In this document: positions 33,472 through 47,630 of the stretch, piece after piece
Numbering within the stretch: position 1 is the stretch's first letter
Layout of the letters: each line of letters begins with the position of its first letter
Assembly: GCA_024679065.1 (NCBI GenBank)
Contig: JAGIQG010000004.1
Coordinates: 62,372,001-62,436,000 of the forward strand
DNA length: 64,000 nt
Reading direction: 5' to 3'
From: Sphyrna mokarran
Taxonomy: Eukaryota
Notes under the pieces: generated by a model
The model's database searches: none
Seen by the model: the letters and a program-made list of their open reading frames with translations, nothing else
What the model was told of the DNA's origin: nothing
Program-made: the position numbers and the translations under genes

Positions 33472-36400
33472 TTAGAACCAAGAGGAACAAAGAACAAAAC
33501 AGCACGGGAAACAGGCCCAACGAGCCCGCGCTGCCATCCCGATGTTCCCACTTTTACGCGCGATCCCTGTCCATGTTTATAAATCTATGGATTAAAAACC
33601 AAATTTGAGACAATTTAGGGAAAATTTGTTTTGCCAAATAGCCTAAGAGCACATCTTTGGGATGTGGGAGGAAACTAGAGCTCCCGGAGAAAACCTACGC
33701 AAGCACGGGGAAAATGCGCAAACTCCCAAAGACACAGGCCCAAATCCATGTATCTGCACAGAACAGTGATAGTCACTGAGCTACCGTGTTACCCATCAAA
33801 CGATCCAGGCCAAGCAGACACTAACGACGTAAAGCACTAGAGTACTCTCAAAAAAAAATCCAAGAGCAGCCCTCTCACGACCCATCGCATGTATGCCCCT
33901 CCCTAGACAACAAGGTGGACCAAAGCACCTGTAGGATAAAAACAAGTACATCAATATCATCATCTATTTACACACTTCCCAGGGACTCCTAAGGCTCATG
34001 ATCCCTATTTTAAATCAGTTTTCTATACCCTTCCATTCCCATTCTGTTCATGTGCCCATCTAAGTATTTCTTAAATAACTCCAGAGTACCTACCTTCACC
34101 ACTTTACTTGGCAGTGCATTCCACACCACCACCACCCTCTGTGAAAAAACTCCCTCTAGCATCCAAATTATACCTTACCCCCCTTACCCTAAGCCCGTGA
34201 TCCCTCGTGCTATTCAAGTCCATCTTAGGAAAAAGCTTAACCCTGTTTACTCCATCTATATCCCTCATAATCTTGTACACCTCTATTAGATCTCCTCTAA
34301 GTCTACGTCTTTCTAAGGAAAACAGTCCCAATTTGTCTAACCTCTCCTCATAACTCAGACCTTCCATACCAGGCAGCATCCTGGCAAATCTCCTCTGCAC
34401 TCTCTCCAGAGTCTCCACATCCTTCCAGTAGTAGAGTGACCAGAACTGGACGCAGTATTCCAAATGAGGCCGAACCAACATTTTATACAACTGCAACATT
34501 AAAGGACAGCTCTTGTACTCTACACCCCTTCCTATAAAGGCTAACATACTATATGCTTTCTTCACAACCTTAGCCACTTGCTCTGCCAACTTCAGAGGCT
34601 TGTTCACATGTACCCCCAGGTCCCTCTGCATTTCTATACTCTTAATAGGTCTACCCTTTGTCATATACCTCCCCCATTCATTCTTTCTCCCAAAATGCAT
34701 CACCTCACATTTATTAGGATTAAATTCCATCTGCCATCTGTCTGCCCAAGCTACCAGCCTATCTATGTCCTGCTGCATGGCCTGACAATGCTCCTCACTA
34801 TCCGCAAGTCCAGCCATCTTTGTATCACCTGCAAACTTGCTGATCACTCCACTTACTCCCTCTTCCAAGTCATTTATATATATTACAAATAGAAGAGGTC
34901 CCAATACCGAGCCCTGCGCCACACCACTAGTGACCGACCTCCAGCTAGAGAAACACCCTTCCACTATTACTCTCTGTCTCCTATTACCAAGCCAGTTACT
35001 TGTCCATCTAGCTACTTGTCCTTGTATCCCATTACCCTTGATCTTTTCAACTAACCTCCCATGAGGGACTTTGTCAAACGCCTTACTAAAATCCATATAG
35101 ATGACATCAACAGCTCGCCCTTTGTCCACTGTTTTCGTCATGTGCTCAAAAAATTCTACCAGATTTGTAAGCACAACCTCCCCTTAACAAATCCATGCTG
35201 CGTATCCCTAATCAGATCACAATGCTCTAAGTGCCTATACATCTTATCTCTAAGAATCCCCTCCAACAGCTTCCCTACCACTGACGTCAAACTCACCGGC
35301 CTATAATTTCCAGGGTTATCCCTACTATCCTTTTTAAACAATGGTACAACATTAGCTATTCTCCAGTCCTCTGGAACCTCACCTGTGTCCAAGGAAGAGA
35401 CAAAGATTTGCGTCAGAGGCCCAGCAATTTCACCTCGCACCTCCCTAAGCAGCCTGGAATAAATGCCATCAGGCCCCAGAGATTTATCAGTTTTAATGCT
35501 ACCTAGAAGCTCTAACACTTCCTCCCTCGGTATGGATATTTCCCTCAACTGGTCCACAGCTCCCTCAGAGACGGGAGCTGTCAACAAGCCCCTCTCCTTT
35601 GTGAATACCGACGCAAAGTATTCATTCAGGATTTCCCCCATTCCCTCGGGCTCTAAGCACAGTTCCCCTCCTCCGTCCCTAAGAGGTCCGATTTTTCCTC
35701 TAACCACCCTTTTATTCCTAACATAAGAGTAAAAAGCCTTTGGATTTTCCTTAATTCTATCCGCCAAAATCATTTCATGCCCCCTTTTTGCCCTTCTAAC
35801 TCCCCATTTGAGCTCCCTCCTACTCTGTCTATATTCCTCCAATGCTGTCTCGGTTCCCAGTTGCTTTGACCTATCATACGCCTCTCTTTTCTTCCTAACC
35901 AAGTCCTCAATATCCCTAGTAATCCACAGCTCTCTAATCCTACTTTTCCCATCTTTCCTCTTGGCCGGCACGTATTTATAGAACATAGAACATAGAACAT
36001 AGAACAATACAGCACAGAACAGGCCCTTCGGCCTTCGATGTTGTGCCGACCAAAATAAAAAGCAATGCCCCTCCAAACTAAACCATTCCCTTCTCTTCCA
36101 TATACTTATCAATTAACCTCTTAAACGCCACCAACTTGGCGCATCTACAACAGCTGCAGGCAGGGCATTCCACTCCCTAATCACTCTTTGAGTAAAGAAC
36201 CTACCTCTGATATCCGTCCTATAACTCATACCCCTTAATTTAACGTTGTGTCCCCTCGTGCTAGCTTTTTCCATCCTAGGAAAAAGGCTATCACTGTCCA
36301 CCCTATCCAAACCTCTAATCATCTTATATGTTTCAATAAGATCCCCCCTTAGCCGCCTCCTTTCTAACGAAAACAACCTCAAATCCTTCAACCTCTCTTC

Positions 36401-36770
36401 ATAGGACCTGCAACATTTGCAGTATTCCCTTGAAAGAGTCCTACATGCCTAGCGCAGACTTACCCTTGAACAATCGTTCCCAATTAGTTTCCATAAGTTC
36501 CTGCCTAATCCGACCGTAGTTAGCCTTCCCCCAATTCAGCACCCTGTGCCTAGGGCAACAAGCATCCTTTTCCATATGTATCCTAAAGTAGACAGAATTG
36601 TGGTCACTGTTAGCCACATGTTCCCCTACTGCAACATCAACCACCTGCCCTAGCTCATTACTCAGAACTAAATCCAAGATAGCCCCCTCTCTAGTCGGGC
36701 TAGCCACATACTGCTTCCAGTAAACATTTTACAAATTCCTGCCCGTCCAAACCCCCAGCTCTAGGTACAC
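33472..36770 (-). mobile_element. CR1 family A (APE C-terminus to tail), interrupted by family B at 35979-36410
   Basis: ORFs 34104-35174, 35156-35978 and 36441-36707; SINE-containing 3'UTR at 33472-34010. Confidence 0.95.
35979..36410 (-). mobile_element. CR1 family B 3' fragment nested in family A
   Basis: ORF 36113-36391 and (GTTCTAT)n tail. Confidence 0.93.
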
Positions 36771-37231
36771 ACTGTCCTCAAAAAAAAACTTTTGACAGCA
36801 TGTGTTCTTCCTTTGGCAAAATGGATTTTAATTTTTATCCACAGGATAACTAATTCTGATTGATTTATATAGTTGCTGATACCGCATTGCAGCCTTGTTT
36901 GAAACATGCTGCTGGCGATCGCTGCTACTGTTGATGTTGCAGCTTAAAGACATGATTTACGGGGTTCAGGCGTCGCACGTTAGGCTAGCATTTATTATCC
37001 ATCACTATTTCCCTTTGAGAAAGTGATAATAAACTGCCTTCTTCAACTGCTGCATTCTCAGATGTGTGTACATCTTCAGTGCTGTTAGGGGATTAATTCC
37101 TTGATTTGGACACAGGTGACTGTGAAGGAAACAACCATGTAGTGATGTTCTCAAGTATCCGTCGCCCTTGTCCTTCTAGTTGGTACAGGTCGCAGTTTCT
37201 TTTTATTCATTAGACATAGGCTTCGCTGGTT

Positions 37232-37282
37232 ATGATGTGGAGGTGCCAGCGTTGGACTGGGGTGAGCACAGTAAGCAATCTG
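37232..37282 (-). mobile_element. Penelope terminus tip
   Basis: tgatgtggaggtgccagcgttggactggggtgagcacagtaag is the reverse complement of 55985-56030. Confidence 0.6.
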
Positions 37283-37515
37283 TGCTGGCCCGCATTTATT
37301 GTCCATCCCAGTTGCCCACAGGCAGTTGCGAGTGACATAAGAACATAAGAACATAAGAAATAGGAGCAGGAATAGACCATCTGATCCTTCGAGCCTGACC
37401 TACCATTCAATAAGATCATGGCTGATCTGAAGTGGATCAGTTCCACTTTCCCGCTTTCTCCCCATATCCCTTAATTCCCTTTTGTATCAGAAATCTAACT
37501 ACTCGTGATTTAAAT

Positions 37516-37985
37516 AGGAGTCCCTGGGAAGTGTGTAAATAGATGATGATATTGGTGTACTTGTTTTTATCCTACAGGTGCTTTGGTCCACCTTGTTGTC
37601 TAACGAGGGGCATACACGCGATCAAAGAACAAAGAACAAAGAACAAAACAGCATGGGAAACAGGCCCTTCGGCCCAATGAGCCCGCGCCACCGCCTCGAT
37701 GTTCCCACTTCTACACGCGATCCCTGTCCATGTTTATAGATCTATGGATTAAAAACCAAATTTGAGACAATTTAGGGAGAATTTGTTTTGCCAATTAGCC
37801 TAAGCACATCTTTGGGATGTGGGAGGAAACCGGAGCTCCCGGAGAAAACCCACGCAAGCACGGGGAGAATGCGCAAACTCCCACAGACACAGGCCCAAAT
37901 CCATGTATCTGCACAGATGGTCCAGGTCAAGCATACACTAACAATGTGAAGCAGTAGGATACTCTTGAAAAAGGTCCAAGAGCAA
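37516..37985. mobile_element. Rearranged CR1 family A 3'UTR (37516-37622 plus, 37623-37985 minus)
   Basis: Two consecutive segments of the family A 3'UTR in opposite orientations. Confidence 0.85.
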
Positions 37986-38107
37986 TAGCAGCTCTGCCAC
38001 AGAAAGGCCAACTTGAATTGACTTCACTCTGACCTCACATACTGAAGTCTAACAGAATAGTAATCCTTATGCGTTGGACCATCATTCCAGTCAGGTCAAT
38101 TGTTTAA

Positions 38108-39170
38108 TAAAGAACAAAGAACAACACAGGACAGGAAACAGACCCTTCGGCCCTACAAGCCCGTGCCACTCATTTTAACAATCAGTGAGTGCCTCATTCT
38201 AATCCTTCTTCTATCTATGACTTTTGTCTACAATGTGTGTCAGATTAAGGGAGATCCAATTTAAGGACAATTTATTAACAATAATCAGCCTGAAAGCAAG
38301 TTTTTGGTGTGTGGGAGGAAACTGAAGCACCTAGAGAAACCCACGCAAGCACGGGGAGAATGTGCAAACTCCTACAGACACCGACCCATGTCGGAGATCC
38401 GACCCGGGTTCCTGTAACTGCACAGCAAACAGTGATAGACACTGAGCTGTCATGTTGCCCGTCAATTGGTCCAGCTTAAGCGTACACTAGCAAAGTGAAG
38501 CACTAGGCAACTCTCAAAGCAACATCCAAGAGCAGTCTTCGCACGACCCACCGCGTGTATGCCCCTTGTTGGCCAACAAGGCAGACCGAATCGACTGTAG
38601 ATGTAAAAAAAAAGTCATCAATAAACATATAACAACTTATGCAAAAAGTCACGGAAGATCCCCAGCAGCTCCAATGTAAGAGACAGGTGAGCCATAAAAT
38701 ATGCTGGACACCCCATAGGAATCTATTGATTCCAGGGAAGTCCTGAGGCTCCTGATCCTTAACTAAAACATTCTTTTGTATCCATCCATCTCTAGTCTAC
38801 TCATGTGCCTATCTAGGTAAGCCTTAAACTACTCCAGCATGACTGCCTCCACCAGCCTACTTGGCAGTACATTTCAGGCTTCCACAACCCTCTGTGTGAA
38901 AAACCACCCTCTAACATCCGAATTATACTCGCCACCCTCACCCTAAGACTGTGGCTCCTTGCAATATTTGTTTCCAATCTAGGAAAAAGTTACCACTGTT
39001 TACTCTATTTATACCCTTCATTATTTTATACACCTCTATTAGATCTCCCCTCATTCTCCATCTTTTTCAGGAAAACAGCCCCAATTTGCCCAATCTTTCA
39101 TCATAACCGAGTCCTTCCATACCAGGCAGCATCTTGGTAATACTCCTCTTCCATCTGTCCAGGGTCTCCA
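38108..39170 (-). mobile_element. CR1 related to family A, longer SINE-containing 3'UTR
   Basis: ORF2 end (38780-39170) followed by a 3'UTR sharing catacacgcg, ctcttgga and tagtgcttca blocks and the V-SINE core. Confidence 0.85.
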
Positions 39171-39174
39171 CTGT

Positions 39175-42170
39175 TTTCCTTTCTAAGTGGAAAGAATCTC
39201 TCTACCTCTATCCTATCTAGCCCTTTCATTATCTTGTAAGTTTCTATAAGATCCCCCCTAAGCCTTCTAAACTATAATGAGTACTGGCTCAGTTTATTTA
39301 ATCTCTCCTCATGAGCTAACCCCCTCATCTCCGGTATCGGCATGGTGAACCTTCTCTGTATTTCCTCCAAGACCAATATATCCTTTCGCAAATAAGAAGA
39401 CCAAAACTACACAAGTACTCCAGTTGCGGCCTCACCAGTGCCTTGTACAGTTGCAGCAAGACCTTCCTGCTTTTATATTCTATCCACCTCGCTATAAAAA
39501 CCAACATTCTATTCACCTTTTTGATCACCTGGTGCACCTGTAGACTGTGTTTTTGCAATTCGTGTACAAGAAAGCCCAGGTCCTTCTGTACAGTAGCATG
39601 CTGCAGCTTTTCACCCTTTAAATAGTATTCCCTCCTACTGTTACTTCTGTCAAAGTGAATAATCTCACATTTGCTAACGTTATACTCCATCTGCCAGGTT
39701 CTCGTCCACTCACTCAGCCTTTCTAAGTTTCTCTGCAGACTTTCCACACCCTCCACGTAATTCACTTTTTCACTCATGTTCGTGTCATCAGCAAATTTTG
39801 TTACCCTATACTCAGTCATCTCCTCCAGATTTCTACGTATATGGCAAACAGTTGAGGTCCCAGCACCGATCCCTGTGGCACTCCACTAGTCATCAACTGC
39901 CAACCAGAAACGTATCCATTGATTCCAAATCTCTGCTTCTTGTTAGATAACCAATCCTCAATTCACGCTATCACTTTACCTCCAACTCTGTGCACTCTAA
40001 CCTTATGCAGCAACCTTTTGTGAGGCACCTCATCGAATGCCTTCTGGAAATCTAAAAACACCACATCCACTGGTTCCCTTTGTCTACCGCACTAGTCACA
40101 ACATCATAAAAATCCAGTAAATTTGTTAAACACAACTTCCCCTTCATGAATCCATACTGTGTCTGCTTGATCAAACCATTCTTTTCTAGGTGTCATGATA
40201 TTTCTTCTTTGATGTTGGATTCTAGCATGTTTCCAATTACAGACTTTAAGCTAACAAGCTTATAATTCCCTGTCTTTTGTCTGCTACCTTTTTCAAACAG
40301 TAGCTTAACATTGGCTGTTTCCCAATCCACTGGCACTTCCCCAGATCTAGTGAATTTTGATAAATAATGACTAAGGCATCTGCTACTACATCTGGCATTT
40401 CTTTCAGTACCCTGGGATGCACTCCATCCGGTTCCTGGGATTTGTCTACCTTCAGTCCCATTAGTCTACCAAGCACTATCTCTTTAGTAACATTAATTGT
40501 ATTAAAGACCTCCTACCATCCCTCTATCTTTCATATTCGTTAAGCTATTTGTGTCCTCCTCTGTGAAGACTGACACAAAAAACTGATTTAAAGTCACAGC
40601 CATTTCCTCGTTACCCACCATCAAATACCCCTCTCGTCCTCCAAGAGTCCAACATTTACTCGAGCCAGTTTCTTTTTCTTTATATATTTGTAAAAACTTT
40701 TACTATTTTTTTTATATTCAGAGCTAGTTTAGCTTCACACTCGATCTTTCCTTTCTTATTGCTTTCTTAGTCATTTTTTGTTGTTTTTTAAATCTTTCCC
40801 AATCATCAAATTCCCCACTATTTTTAGCCACTCTGTACGCATTGGCTCTTAATTTAATACTCTCCTTTATTTCTTTTGATAACCATGGCTGGTTATCCCT
40901 TTTTTTACAGTCCTTCTTTACCATCGGAATATATTTCTGCTTAGTACTGAAAAAGATCTTCTTAAAAATTCTCCGCTGTTCCTCAGCTTGCCTACCAACA
41001 AATCTGCACCCCCAATCTACATTAGCCAATTCTGCTCTCATCTCATCATACTCCCCTCTGTTCAAATAGAGGACACTGGTTTGGGACCCTACTTTCTCAC
41101 CCTCCATCTGCATTAGAAATTCAACCATATTATGATTATTCGTCCCCTTACAGGAAGATCCCTAATTCTACCTGCCTTGGACACAGTACCAGATCGAAGA
41201 TAACTTGCTCCCTCATAGGTTCCGTTACATGCTGTTCAAGGAAACTACCCTGACAGCAGTCTAAGAACTCTTCCTCAAGTCCACCAAGTCCGACTTGAGT
41301 CAACCAATCAGTATGCAGATTAAAATAATTATATTTTTTGGGGGGCCCATAATTATTTGGGGGCCTATAAACCACTGCCACCACTGACTTTTTCGCTTCA
41401 CTATTTCTTATTTCCACCCACAATGATTACACGTTTTGCTCTTTAGACCCTTTATCCTCTCTAACTACTGTCCTGATTGTATCCTTTATTAACAGAGCTA
41501 TCCCACCTCCTTTTTGCTCCTGTTGATCCTTCCTAAATGTCTGATACCCCTAGATATTCAGTTCCCAATCCCAGTCATCCTGCAACCACCTTTCCATAAT
41601 GACAACTAGATCATACCCATTTGTGCTGATTTGCCCCATCAGCTCATTCACTTTGTTTCGAATGCTTCATGCATTCAAGTAAAGTGTCTTTATACCAGCC
41701 TTTATCTGGACCGGATTTGTAGAAATGCTACTGACCTTTCCCATGCCCTCTACTCGTTTAATTAGTGGAACATCCTCAACATTAATGTGCACTCCTACCC
41801 TCTCCTTTATAATTTCCCCCATCCCTGCACCTCCCCCCCACTTATTAGTTTAAAGGCCTATCTACAGTCCTAGTTATACGATTCGCCAAGACTCTGGTCC
41901 CAGCACGATTCAGGCGAAGATAATCCCATCTGAATAGGTCCCATCTGCTCCAATACTGGTACCAATGTCCCATAAATTTGAACTCATCCCTTCCACACCA
42001 ATCCTTGAGCCATGCATTCACCTTCTTAATCCCATTTACCCTGCACCAATTTGCATCTGGTTCAGGGAGTAATCCAGAGATATGCAGCTGGTTGGTTCCG
42101 CTTTTTAATTTGGTTTCCAGCTTTTCGTACTCCCTCTGCAGCTCTTAGTTCCTATTTTATCTCTGTCATT
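39175..42170 (-). mobile_element. CR1 family D, end of ORF1 plus APE-RT, degraded
   Basis: ORFs 39325-39819 (FADD), 40246-40476, 40724-41128 and 41148-41423 (VYRPP). Confidence 0.9.
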
Positions 42171-43030
42171 GTGAAAAGGGGTGTTATAGTTTGCAGAGGG
42201 ACTTAGACAAGTTGCAGAGCTGGGCCGAGAGGTGGCAAATGGAGTTTAATGTGGAAAAGTGTGAGGTAATGCACTATGGCAGGAATAATAAATGTGTAGA
42301 GTATAGGGCTAATGGTAGGATTCTTAGTAGTCTTGATGAACAGAGGGATCTTGGTGTGTATGTGCATAGATCCCTGAAAGTAGGCAGTCAAGTCGAGAAG
42401 GTTGTTAAGAAGGCATATGGAGTCTTAGCTTTTATTGGTAGGGGGATTGAATTTCGGAGCCGCAACGTCATGTTGCAACTGTACAAAACTCTAGTGCGGC
42501 CGCACTTGGAGTATTGTGTGCAGTTCTGGTCCCCACATTATAAGAAAGATGTGGAGGCATTGGAGACGGTACAGAGGAGGTTTACCAGGATGTTGCCTGG
42601 TATGGAGGGCAGGTCTTATGAAGAGAGGCTGAGGGATTTGAGGTTGTTTTCGTTAGAAAGGAGGCGGCTAAGAGGAGACCTTATTGAAACATATAAGATG
42701 ATTAGAGGTTTAGATAGGGTGGACAGTGATAGCCTTTTTCCTAGGATGGAGAAAGCTAGCACGAGGGGACACAGCTTTAAATTAAGGGGTGATAGTTATA
42801 GGACGGATGTCAGAGGTAGGTTCTTTACCCAAAGGGTGGTTCGGGAGTGGAATGCCCTGCCTGCAGCAGTTGTGGATGCGCCAAGTTTGGTGGCGTTTAA
42901 GAGGTTAGTTGATAAGTATATGGAAGAGAAGGGAATGGTTTATTTTGGAGGGGCATTGCTTTTTATGTTGGTCGGCGCAACATCGAAGGCCGAAGGGCCT
43001 GTTCTGTGCTGTACTGTTCTATGTTCTATG
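42171..43030 (+). mobile_element. Young CR1 family B, 5'-truncated
   Basis: First ~250 aa of ORF 42191-43189; tail at 43000-43030. Confidence 0.95.
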
Positions 43031-46000
43031 TACACTCCCACTCCAGGTTACTTTGCAGCCCAGATGAGATATCCTAGACCTGAGCACCAAGCAGGTAACA
43101 CAACCAGGGAGAAGGAGTTTCCGAGTGGGTTTGGAGGCCTGGAGTGCATCTGTTTCAATGCGAGGAGCGTAACAGGAAAAAACAGATGAACTTAGGGCCT
43201 TAATATTTTGGAAGGAACTTGGATGTGGTTGCAGTGATGGAGACGTGGTTAAAGGAAGGGGAGCAGTGGCAGCTGAATATTCTTGGCTATAAGTGTTTCA
43301 GGCGTGATGGAGGAGGGTCTAGAAGAGGTGGGGGAGTGGCGTTGTTAGTTAGGGAGAGCATCACAGTAGTGCAGAGGGATGACAATATAGAGGAGTTAGG
43401 AGTGGAGTCACTGTGGGTTGGGAGTTGAGGAATAGGAAGGCGACCATTACTATGCTAGGGGTGTACTATAAGCCACCCAACAGCCCACGAGCAGTGGAAG
43501 AAGGTATATGTAAACACATTTTGGATAGGTGCAGAAAAAAATGATTCCAATCTCCCTGGGGTGGATTGGAAGGTACCTAGAGCTGGGGGTTCAGACGGGG
43601 AGGAATTTGTAAACTGTGTACTGGAAGGATTGTTGGAGCAGTATGCGGCTAGCCTGACTAGAGAGGGGGCTATACTGGATTTAGTTCTGAGTAATAAGCC
43701 AGGGCAGGTGGCTGATGTTGTAGTAGGGGAACATGTGGCTAACAGTGACCACAATTCTGTCTACTTTAGGATACAAATGGAAAAGGATGCTTGTTGCCCT
43801 AGGGGCAGGGTGCTGAAGTGGGGGAAGACTAAAGGATTAGGCAGGAACTTATGGAAACTGATTGGGAATGGTTGTTCGAGGGTAAGTTCACGCTAGGCAT
43901 GTGGGAGTCTTTCAAGGGAATACTGAAAATGTTGCAAGAAAGATATGTGCCAGCTAAGAGTAAAGATGGGAAAGGTAGGATTAGAGAGCCGTGGGTTAGT
44001 AGGGATATTGAGGACTTGGTTAGGAAGAAAACAGAGGCGTATGTTAGGTCAAAGCAGCTGGGAATGGACAGAGCATTGGAGGAATACAGAGAGAGTAGGA
44101 GGGAGCTCAAATGGGGAGTTAGAAGGGCAAAAAGGGGGCATGAAAGGGTTTTGGCGGATAGGATCAAGGAAAATCCAAAGGCTTTTTACTCCTGTGTTAG
44201 GAATAAAAGGATGGTTAGAGGAAAAATCGGACATCTCAGGGACAGAGGAGGGGAAATGTGCTTACAGTCCGAAGGAATGGGGGGAATCCTGAATGAATAC
44301 TTTGCGTCGGTATTCACAAAGGAGAGGGGCTTGTTGATAGCTCCTGTCTCTGAGGAAGCTGTGGATCAGTTGAGGGAAATATCCATACCGCGGGAGGAAG
44401 TGTTAGAGTTTGTAGGTAGCATTAAAACTGATAAATCTCCGAGGCCTGATGGTATTCATCCCAGACTGCATAGGGAAGCACAAGGTGAAATTGCTGGGTC
44501 TCTGAGGCAAATCTTTGTCTCTTCTTTGAACACAGGTGAGGTTCCAGAGGACTGGAGAATAGTTAATGTTGTACCGTTGTTTAGAAAGGGCAGTAGGGAT
44601 TACCCTGGAAATTATAGGCCTGTGAGTTTGACGTCAGTGGTAGGAAAGCTGTTGGAGGGGATACTTAGAGATAGGATGTATGGGTACTTAGAGCATTGAG
44701 ATCGGATTAGGGATACACAGCATGGCGTTGTTAAAGGGAGATTGGCCTGACGAATCTAATAGAATTTTTTGAGCACATGACGAAAACGGTCGACGAAGGG
44801 CAAGCTGTTGATGTCATCTATATGGATTTCAGTAAGGTGTTTGACAAAGTCCCTCATGGGAGGTTAGTTGAAAAGATCAAGGGTAATGAGATACAAGGAC
44901 AGGTAGCTAGATGGATAAGTTACTGATTTGATAATAGGAGACAGAGTAATAGTGGAAGGGTGTTTTTCTAGCTGGAGGTCGGTCACTTGTGATGTGCCGC
45001 AGGGCTTGGTACTGGGACCTCTTCTATTTGTAATATATATAAATGACTTGGAAGAGGGAGTAAGAGGAGAGATCAGCAAGTTTGCAGATGATACAAAGAT
45101 GGCTGGACTTGCGGAGAGTGAGGAGCATTGTCGGGTAATACAGCAGGACATAGATAGGCTGGTAGCTTGGGCAGATAGATGGCAGACGGAATTCAATCCT
45201 GATAAATGTGAGGTGATGCATTTTGGGAGAAAGAATGTAGGGGAGAGGTGTATGATAAAGAGTAGACCGATTAAGAGTATAGAAACACAGAGGGACTTAG
45301 GGGTTCAGGTGCACAATTCTCTGAAGGTGGCAGAGCAGGTGCAGAATGTTGTGAAGAAAGCATATAGTATGCTAGCCTTTATAGGAAGGGGTATAGAGTA
45401 CAAGAGCTGGCCTTTAATGTTGCAGTTGTATAAACGTTGGTAAGACCTCATTTGGAATACTGCGTCCAGTTCTGATCGCCTTACTACCGGAAGGACGTGG
45501 AGACTCTGGAGAGAGTGCAGAGGAGGTTTACCAGGATGCTGCCTGGTATGGAAGATCTGAGTTACGAGGAGAGATTAGGCAAATTGGGACTGTTTTTCTT
45601 AGAAAGACGTAGACTTAGAGGAGATCTAATAGAGGTGTACAAGATTATGAGGGGTATAGATAGAGTAAACAGGGTTAAGCTTTTTCCTAGGATGGACTCA
45701 AATAGCACGAGGGGTCACAGGCTTAGGGTAAGGGTGGTAAGGTATAATTTGGATGCTAGACGGAATTTTTTCACACAGAGGGTGGTGGTGGTATGGAACG
45801 CACTGCCAAGTAAAATGGTAGAGGCAGGCGCTCTGGAGTTATTTAAGAGATACTTAGATGGACACATGAACAGAATGGGAATGGAGGAATTTAGAAAACT
45901 GATTTAAAATAGGGATCATGAGCCTTGGAAGTCCCTATGAAATGTGTAAATAGTCGATGATATTGATGTACTTGTTTTTATCCTACAGGTACTTTGGTCC

Positions 46001-46438
46001 ACCTTGTTGTCTAATGAGAGGCGTACACGCGATAGGTCGTGGGAGGGCTGCTCTTGGAATTTTTTTCAGGAGTATCCTAGTGCTCCACGTTATTGGTGTT
46101 CACTTGATTTGGACATTTGATGGCAACACGATAGCTCAGTGACTATCGTTGTGCTGTGCAGATACATGGATTTGGGCCTCTGTCTGTGGGAGTTTGTGCA
46201 TTCTCGCCGTGCTTGCGTGTGTTTTCTCCGGGTGCTCTGGTTTTCTCCCACATCCCAAAGATGTGCTCTTAGGCTGATTGGCAGAACAGATTCTCCCTAA
46301 ATTGTCTCAAATTTGGTTTCAATCCATAGACCTATAAACACAGACAGGGATCACGGGCAGAAGTGGGAACATCGGGGTGGCGGCGCGCGTTTGTTGGGCC
46401 GAAGGGCCTGTTTCCCGTGCTGTTTTGTTTTTTGTTCT
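43031..46438 (+). mobile_element. CR1 family A, near-complete ORF2 (APE+RT) with frameshifts and SINE-containing 3'UTR
   Basis: FNARS, ETW, GGGVAL, LDLVL, SDH endonuclease motifs, then RT ORFs 43851-45907 and tail. Confidence 0.95.
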
Positions 46439-47186
46439 AACCTTCGGGATTCCTTATCCTTGTCACGAAGGACAGTGTCCCATTTCTGTGGCTCTGGAGG
46501 AATTATTATTGTCTGGGCGAGCGAAATGCTGTTTTTTATGGTGTATTACATTCTTAAATTTAGAAAGGTATTACGCAGAATTGAGTAGTTCAAAAATAAA
46601 AATTCAAATTGAATCCAAATTCATGGTCCTCACAAGAACGTCCTGCATGATTGAAGGTGAAAAGAAATGGCATTGCAGCTGATCTTGGGCTTGATCTGAC
46701 GCTTGACCTTGGTTGAAAGGTAGAGACGTTATGGACGGTGTAGAACTGTTTGTGATTGAAGCGTTCATGCGGACAAATATTTCCCGCTGGCATCGAAGTC
46801 ATACTGTTAATGAAATATTTATTCCGAAGATACTTGTTACTGTTGGCGACCGATCAACTTTGCTGGTAATTTTACTAATAATTGGATAAGGGAGTTGTTA
46901 ATGATACTGGTCACGATATGATTGTGCTTGAGACTGACGACAGATGGGTATAACTCGGGTATTGTACGCGGAACTCAACAATGCTGCAGTTTTACTAAGT
47001 ATAATTACAATTTTGCTTTTGCAATGATGCTTGCAATTAACTTTTGTTGTATGCAATATTTTAGGTAACTGGTTGTTGCAGCTGCGGTGGCATAATGGCA
47101 ATGTCCCTTGATTAGTAATCCAGATTACCCTGGATAATGCTCCGGGTACCAGAATTCAAATTCCATCAGGGTTTATTGAGATATTT

Positions 47187-47630
47187 AGAACATAGAACAT
47201 AGAACACTACAGCACAAACAGGCCCTTCGGCCCACAAGTTGTGCCGAACACATCAAAACCTACCCAGCCATAGACCTATCTATAACCCCCAATCCCATTG
47301 GATCCCATATACTCCTCCAGAAGTCTTTTAAAAGACCCCAGCGAGTTTGCCTCGACCACCACCGACGGCAGCCGATTCCATTCACTCACCACCCTCTGAG
47401 TGAAAAACTTTCCCCTAGCATCCCCTCTGTACTTGCTGCCCTGCACCTTAAATCTGTGCCCTCTCGTCGCGACCATTTCAGCCCTGGGAAATAGTCTCTG
47501 AGAGTCCACCCTATCTGTTCCTCTCAACATCTTGTAAACCTCTATCAGGTCGCCTCTCAACCTTCGTCTCTCCAGGGAGAACAGTCCCAGCTCCCTCAAC
47601 CTGTCTTCATAAGGCATGCCTCCCAATCCC
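47187..47630 (-). mobile_element. CR1 family C 3' fragment
   Basis: ORF 47276-47632; (GTTCTAT)n tail. Confidence 0.92.

Noticed and set aside
35156-36112. 318-aa ORF with an unusual N-terminus
   Set aside because: Chance in-frame junction of a nested family B 3'UTR with family A ORF2.
42191-43189. 332-aa ORF as a novel fusion protein
   Set aside because: A family B copy whose stop TAG became TAT, reading through its tail into the neighbouring family A element; no evidence of function.
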